Shown here: piece after piece, positions 58,822-64,000 of the stretch
Numbering within the stretch: position 1 is the first letter of the stretch
Layout: the number at the start of each line of letters is the position of its first letter
NCBI GenBank assembly: GCA_016839555.1
Contig: JAEOUA010000001.1
Coordinates: 224,001-288,000 of the forward strand
Direction: 5' to 3'
Source: Promethearchaeota archaeon
GTDB lineage: Archaea; Asgardarchaeota; Lokiarchaeia; Sigyniarchaeales; SOKP01
DNA: 64,000 nt
Program-made: the position numbers and the translations under genes
The notes under the pieces: generated by a model
The model's database searches: none
Told to the model about the DNA's origin: nothing
What the model saw: only the letters and a program-made list of their open reading frames with translations

Positions 58822-60102
58822 ATGGCTCATCCATATCATGCAGAAAAAGAAGAACACAGAAAATATTTGGCACAATATGATATAGATCCCCGGAAAGCGA
58901 TGTTCACAATTATATTGTCTATTCTTGTTGATGTTTTTGGTTATTCTATGGTACTTCCTTTATTACCGACGATAGCAAAAACATTTGGCGCGTCTGATTT
59001 CTTTGTCGGAATATTAATTTCATCTAATGCATTAACTGCCCTTATTTTTGGACCAATTTGGGGGAGATTGAGTGATAGATATGGCAGAAAACCAATTCTT
59101 GTAATTTCTCAAGCAGGAACAGGCGTCTCTTTTTTATTTTTAGCCTTATCACCACAAGTTTATATGATCCTCTTCGCAAGAATCTTAGATGGGGTATTTG
59201 GAGGACAAATACCCGTAATTAGAGCTTATATCGCAGATATTACCACTCCAAGGTTCCGCTCTCAGGAAATGAGTAAAATAATGGTTGGACATACGGGTGG
59301 CATGATTTTTGGGCCAATCATTGGTGGATTCTTAGGTAGTATAAATTGGAGATATCCCTCATTCTTGGCGAGTGCATTATCAATCCTCGCAATTACACTT
59401 ACTCTAACAATATTAATAGAAAGTTTACCTAAAGAAAGAATTGCTGATATGAAAGATCATTATGAAATGATGGAAAAAACTACTGGAAATAAAAGGAGTA
59501 TTTGGAATAAAGAAGTTTTTATGCGATTAGTTCAAATTTTTCTGGTATTTATGATTAATAATATGCTTACAAGCTCTTTTCCCCTAATCCTAGATAAGAG
59601 ATTTGGCGCTGAACCGTTTGTTATTGGCACCATAATGAGCATTGCTGGCATAGTTATAATGATTTATGCTGGATTAATTTTAAAACCAGCGATAAGAAGA
59701 ATTGGTGAAAAATGGATGTTAATATTTAGCTTTTTCCTTATGATTATCAACTTCTTAATATTTCCCTATCTCTACGAGCTCTGGACGGCATATTTATTCG
59801 TTATACCTTTTGCGATAGGCATGGCTAGCCTTCCCCCGCTTATTCAAAGTAATTTGTCAAGAGCTGTAGATCCACATAAACAAGGTGCGGTTTCTGGGTT
59901 TGCCACAAATTTTCAATCATTTGCTCAAATATTGGCACCTTTACTTTCTACCTTTTATTTACAAATAGGTGGCTGGGCATTCTCTTCAGTTTACTTTAAT
60001 TCTTATCAATTAATTGGATTTTCTGCTGTATTATTTGGTATCATTCTAACAACTATAGGATTAGTAGATATTAAAAACCATCCACACCTTTATGAAGAGT
60101 AA
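58822..60102 (+). CDS. MFS transporter (DHA1/TetA-like)
   Basis: DVFGYSMVLPLLP, motif A GRLSDRYGRKP, ARILDG, AYIADIT, GPIIGG; about 12 TM. Confidence 0.92.
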   Translation: MAHPYHAEKEEHRKYLAQYDIDPRKAMFTIILSILVDVFGYSMVLPLLPTIAKTFGASDFFVGILISSNALTALIFGPIWGRLSDRYGRKPILVISQAGTGVSFLFLALSPQVYMILFARILDGVFGGQIPVIRAYIADITTPRFRSQEMSKIMVGHTGGMIFGPIIGGFLGSINWRYPSFLASALSILAITLTLTILIESLPKERIADMKDHYEMMEKTTGNKRSIWNKEVFMRLVQIFLVFMINNMLTSSFPLILDKRFGAEPFVIGTIMSIAGIVIMIYAGLILKPAIRRIGEKWMLIFSFFLMIINFLIFPYLYELWTAYLFVIPFAIGMASLPPLIQSNLSRAVDPHKQGAVSGFATNFQSFAQILAPLLSTFYLQIGGWAFSSVYFNSYQLIGFSAVLFGIILTTIGLVDIKNHPHLYEE

Positions 60103-60190
60103 TTAAATGTAAATTTTATTTATATTCTACCTAAAGCTCTTTTTGAACTGATTTAATAAAACAGAAACATTTACTTATTAATTAAATCTG

Positions 60191-60820
60191 TTATTGTTTT
60201 GAATCTTTTATACCATTTTTCAAATATTTATTTAATATTGTGAAAATCCCATTAATCCTCGGCTTCTTGACTGAGAATACCGCATTTATTTTTTGCCAAA
60301 ACAAGTAAACATGCGCTGAATGTTGCATCTGAAAAGGATTTAAACTGTAACTTTTATTAAGATCCATATCTTCAGAATTAATATTTGTGAAATATATAGG
60401 ATCATCTTTAAAAAAACTCAAAAAAATAATTACAAAGTTCTTCGGATTTTTTATCATTTATAAATTCTACACAGTATGCAAGGTCATGGGAGATAATGTA
60501 TTTACATAGTTTTAGAGCCTTTCTGTATTCAATCTGGAATAATTTCTCACCGATTTTAAAAAAATCCAAAGATGCAAGCATAATATTAAGTATTGATATT
60601 TGATCTGATTTAATGTGATAAATATCACTAATATCAAATATCTTGCACTTAATATCGAGATTTTCTAACTTATTTTGGATTTTATTGCAGAATATCATTC
60701 CCTCTTTAGACTCTGATATCATTATAAAGGGTAAAACATGGAGAATAATATTGATTTTTAATGATAAAGTTTATTCATTCCTTCTATAAAAAGCTTATCC
60801 AATTTCTTTTGAATATCTCA
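60191..60820 (-). pseudogene. Frameshifted or decayed hypothetical gene
   Basis: ORFs 60408..60722 and 60191..60457 join if one T is removed from the T7 run (GAG TTT TTT TAA AGA TGA becomes E F F K D D); upstream frames contain further stops and shifts. Confidence 0.55.
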
Positions 60821-60853
60821 ATATTTTAAATAATAATTTATTCTGATAAAGGA

Positions 60854-61495
60854 TTAAAGAAATATAAATTCAATAATGAATTTAAAGATATCTCCAAGCC
60901 AATAGTATAAATCCAACCAGAAATTATAGGTCAATCCCAGAAAAAGCAGCGCATATAGAGTTCCAAATGCAAATCCCGCAATTACATCTAACGGATAATG
61001 CATTCCTAAAATTAATCTACATATAGCCATAATAATATCCAAATAAATGAAAATAATTAATATGGTCCAGCTATTGAATACAAAGGCAAAAATATATCCA
61101 AATAATAAGAAAAAGGTGACGTGTCCAGAAGGAAATGAACAATTCTCTTTTATTAATTCATCTTCTTGCTTTACTCCATTTTGTTTTAACGTTATGTAAG
61201 GTCTATTGCGTTTAACTATTACATGCTTTATTAAAACATGAATAATTACACTCTGCTGAAAGCCACCTGTTATTAATAAAAACAAAAAATAATCTTTTGT
61301 AATAAACCCATAAATTCCTAAAAGCAACCAAATGACAAACCAGAAAAATAGGCTCCCAAAAAAAGAATATATTTTTGCAAATAAAATAAATCTTTTTTTC
61401 CTCAAATATTCACTGCTGTAAAGATCTAAGAAGACTTGAAAGTCCCATTCTTCAATTTTTTTAATAAAAATCTTAAGAGAAGTTTCTACCGTCAA
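60854..61495 (-). CDS. PAP2-family membrane phosphatase
   Basis: K..VKRNRP, SFPSGH, CRLILGMHYPLDV. Confidence 0.9.
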   Translation of the reverse strand: MTVETSLKIFIKKIEEWDFQVFLDLYSSEYLRKKRFILFAKIYSFFGSLFFWFVIWLLLGIYGFITKDYFLFLLITGGFQQSVIIHVLIKHVIVKRNRPYITLKQNGVKQEDELIKENCSFPSGHVTFFLLFGYIFAFVFNSWTILIIFIYLDIIMAICRLILGMHYPLDVIAGFAFGTLYALLFLGLTYNFWLDLYYWLGDIFKFIIEFIFL

Positions 61496-61689
61496 TCTAC
61501 TTTAAACTATTATTTTTATAAAAATCCTTTGCTTGTTTATGACAAAATTTTAGTATTTATATATATTATCCGACTATTACTCATATTGCTTATATTGATA
61601 TAATTTTGATACCTCTTAAGAGAAAATCCTTATAAATGAATATTTCTTATCTTTTAAACAATTTTTTGATAATATTTTATTGATGAGTT

Positions 61690-62064
61690 ATGAATTTTGA
61701 TAAAACTAAGTTTGGTGAAATCTGGGTTGATGGTGAGAAATATCCTCATGATATCTATTTTTTTCCAGATGGAACACTGAAAAAGCGAGATAAATCTCAC
61801 TCACCACGAATTGGAGGTCATAGATCACTTTCAGAGTGGGAATTAGGGCAAATTTTAGCAAGTAAACCCGAAATTATCATTATTGGAATGGGACAATCAG
61901 GAGTGCTTCCTTTTACCGAGGGTACAGAAGAAATGTTAGCTTCTATTAAAAATAAGAAAAATATTCAAATCATTAAAAGAAATACTCCAGATATACTTAA
62001 GAAAGCAAATGAAGTATTGAAATCAGGTAAAAAAGTTGCGGGAATTATCCATACAACCTGTTAG
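61690..62064 (+). CDS. MTH938/NDUFAF3 (DUF498)-like protein
   Basis: FGEIWVDGEKYPHD, PEIIIIGMG, GIIHTTC. Confidence 0.88.
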   Translation: MNFDKTKFGEIWVDGEKYPHDIYFFPDGTLKKRDKSHSPRIGGHRSLSEWELGQILASKPEIIIIGMGQSGVLPFTEGTEEMLASIKNKKNIQIIKRNTPDILKKANEVLKSGKKVAGIIHTTC

Positions 62065-62364
62065 ATTTTTATTACGGATTTTATTTATAGATTGTAATTA
62101 TATTTTTAATAAAAACTAATAGAAATCCTGATATTTGTGTAATTATAAACAAATTGACTATTTACACTAATAATCGAATTAAGACTTTTTATGAATTTTT
62201 ATTATTATTATTTTTTATTTGTTGAATCTACATAGTTTTTTAGATATTTAAGGCTTCTATGATTAAATTTTTAGTAATAAATAATTTTTTCAATTGTTGG
62301 TCTTACATAGTTTTATAAATAAAAAAAATTTTGGTTAGTATAATAATTAATAGAGGTAATATAA

Positions 62365-62898
62365 ATGAGTGAAAAAAATGCATTTTCTGAAGAAAGTTTG
62401 AGAGAAATAGCAGAGGAAAAATTCAAATTTCGTCTCTCGGTTCGGATTCATCTATGGGCATATATATGTGTAAATGGATTTTTAGTTTTACTTAATCTAC
62501 TTACATCTCCGTTTTATTTGTGGTCTCTCTATCCCATCCTAGGATGGGGGGTTGGATTGGCCGAACATGCTACTGCTTATATACTTTACGCGAAAGGAGT
62601 ATATCCGATGAGTAAAAGAGCTGTATATTTTCATGTTGTCGCATATGTATGCGTAATGGTATTGTTATTCTTTATCAATATCAATATAATGGGCTATGCC
62701 TTTAATATACCTACATGGGCATTCATTCCGGTGATTGCATGGGGTAGTGCTGTTGCTATTCATGGAATTGTATATAGAATTTATTTTGCTAAAATTATAA
62801 CTGAAGAAGGAGAAGTCAAAAGTAGAAAGGATATTGCAATAGAAAAAGAAATGGAAAAATTGAAAAAGGAAAGAGAAAACGAGGAGGATTTTTATTAG
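62365..62898 (+). CDS. Tandem 2TM-domain membrane protein
   Basis: Two repeats of H..AY..V...W..P...WG...H. Confidence 0.78.
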   Translation: MSEKNAFSEESLREIAEEKFKFRLSVRIHLWAYICVNGFLVLLNLLTSPFYLWSLYPILGWGVGLAEHATAYILYAKGVYPMSKRAVYFHVVAYVCVMVLLFFININIMGYAFNIPTWAFIPVIAWGSAVAIHGIVYRIYFAKIITEEGEVKSRKDIAIEKEMEKLKKERENEEDFY

Positions 62899-62912
62899 TT
62901 GGGTGATGCTAA

Positions 62913-63536
62913 ATGTGGCTTAATAAATTTTTAGACCTAGAGGATGATATTGAGCAATTAAGATCCAAAATAGAGGAGAATATCTTTAAAAAAATCAAAA
63001 AAACTCAATTAACACCATTACAATTTACGGTATTGGAAACAATTTTTAACGCTCATACTATATCTGGGTATGATTTAATTAAACTCCTAAATAAGCAATT
63101 CGCAAAAACATGGAAAGCAAGTTCAGGTACCATCTACCCTATTCTCTCGAAATTAGAAAAAAATGGCTATTTGACCTCAAAGCAAGTAAAAAGCCCCATA
63201 GGACCTCTGAGGACAGTTTATTCATTAACCGATGCTGGAAAACAAATAATCAAAACAAAAGTAAACAAAAACTTCCAAGAACAATTAAATTATATTGAAA
63301 ACTTCGTAACAGAACTCTCTCTAATCTATATAAAATCCTTTCCCAAAGAAGTAGCAGAGCAAAAAACAGAAGAGGTTAAATCTTTATTAAAGCAAATAAT
63401 AGACAATATCATTGAAAGAATTCCAGTAAATATGAAATTTCCGAGCTATTGTCCTCAATGCGGTTCAAAACTCGATAAGCAAGGTATTAAATTTTGTGCT
63501 TATTGTGGAGCTGACTTAAAAGGAAGAGTTTCTTAA
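62913..63536 (+). CDS. PadR-family regulator with a C-terminal Zn ribbon
   Basis: SGYDL, WKASSGTIYP.L.KLE, YSLTDAG; CPQCG/CAYCG. Confidence 0.88.
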   Translation: MWLNKFLDLEDDIEQLRSKIEENIFKKIKKTQLTPLQFTVLETIFNAHTISGYDLIKLLNKQFAKTWKASSGTIYPILSKLEKNGYLTSKQVKSPIGPLRTVYSLTDAGKQIIKTKVNKNFQEQLNYIENFVTELSLIYIKSFPKEVAEQKTEEVKSLLKQIIDNIIERIPVNMKFPSYCPQCGSKLDKQGIKFCAYCGADLKGRVS

Positions 63537-63760
63537 TCCTATTCTTTTTATTTTATTTTAATTATATTTTAAATTTTGATTATTTCTAAAATTATAATTA
63601 GTCTAAGATTTTTTAGAAATCATAACTTCTTAATTCTTTATTCGTGAAAGATTCATTTCCCGATGGAATGTCTATATCTAAATAATATAAGGAAAAAAAA
63701 AAAATAAAGCTTAATTCTTGTCTCTTGAATAAAGAAATTAGATCAAAGTAAGTCTATCTT

Positions 63761-64000
63761 TTAATAGATTACTCCCAAAATGAGATTCGTTATTATCATA
63801 AAGACAAAAGTTCCTATTCGTATTATCCCTGCATACCTTAAATAGGGATCATCATTTTTTTTACCATGAAGAATTATAAGGACCATGGGGATGATTAAAA
63901 TACTATCCATCACAAGCGTTTGAATAAAACTTAATAATGATGTAAAGTCTAAGAAGCTAATGGTAATATTAAAGGATAAGTTAAAAATATATTCAATAAT
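63761..64000 (-). CDS. 3' part of a membrane-protein CDS entering from the right edge
   Basis: Open minus frame of 80 codons ending TAA: ...LIIPMVLIILHGKKNDDPYLRYAGIIRIGTFVFMIITNLILGVIY*; translated by hand. Confidence 0.65.
   Translation of the reverse strand: MIEYIFNLSFNITISFLDFTSLLSFIQTLVMDSILIIPMVLIILHGKKNDDPYLRYAGIIRIGTFVFMIITNLILGVIY

Noticed and set aside
408-63298. Many short ORFs in the track overlapping longer genes (e.g. 592..915, 11699..12082, 33509..33838, 45400..45759, 55958..56299)
   Set aside because: They are antisense or alternate-frame shadows of well-supported genes.
1-64000. tRNA, rRNA, CRISPR arrays, integrases, IS elements
   Set aside because: No GC-rich cloverleaf or rRNA-like tract, no regularly spaced repeats, and no recombinase or transposase motifs seen by eye.

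Overview
This is an AT-rich, gene-dense chromosomal window from an archaeon, most likely an Asgard (Lokiarchaeia-like) genome. Archaeal markers include an Sm/Lsm-rpl37e pair, a tRNA splicing endonuclease subunit, PINA, SepCysS, archaeal SepF and a W/Mo aldehyde:ferredoxin oxidoreductase. These occur together with eukaryote-like proteins: a ubiquitin-like protein ending GG-V, a longin/roadblock-like protein, a SIRT6-like sirtuin, an SSUH2-like Zn-finger protein and a LURP1/scramblase protein. There are about 70 CDS covering acyl-CoA metabolism, DNA repair (LigA, PolX, Xth), sulfur relay, metal homeostasis and one MNT-HEPN toxin-antitoxin pair. I saw no tRNA, rRNA, CRISPR array, integrase or transposase. 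The most striking non-gene signal occurs twice independently (26.5-27.9 kb and 51.7-53.1 kb): a ~1.1 kb cargo sits between the intact 3' end of a gene and an ~80%-identical dead copy of that same 3' end, with the same geometry both times. This suggests an integrase-free '3'-end replacement' route of gene acquisition. All family assignments come from reading motifs and recalling known families; no database search was run.
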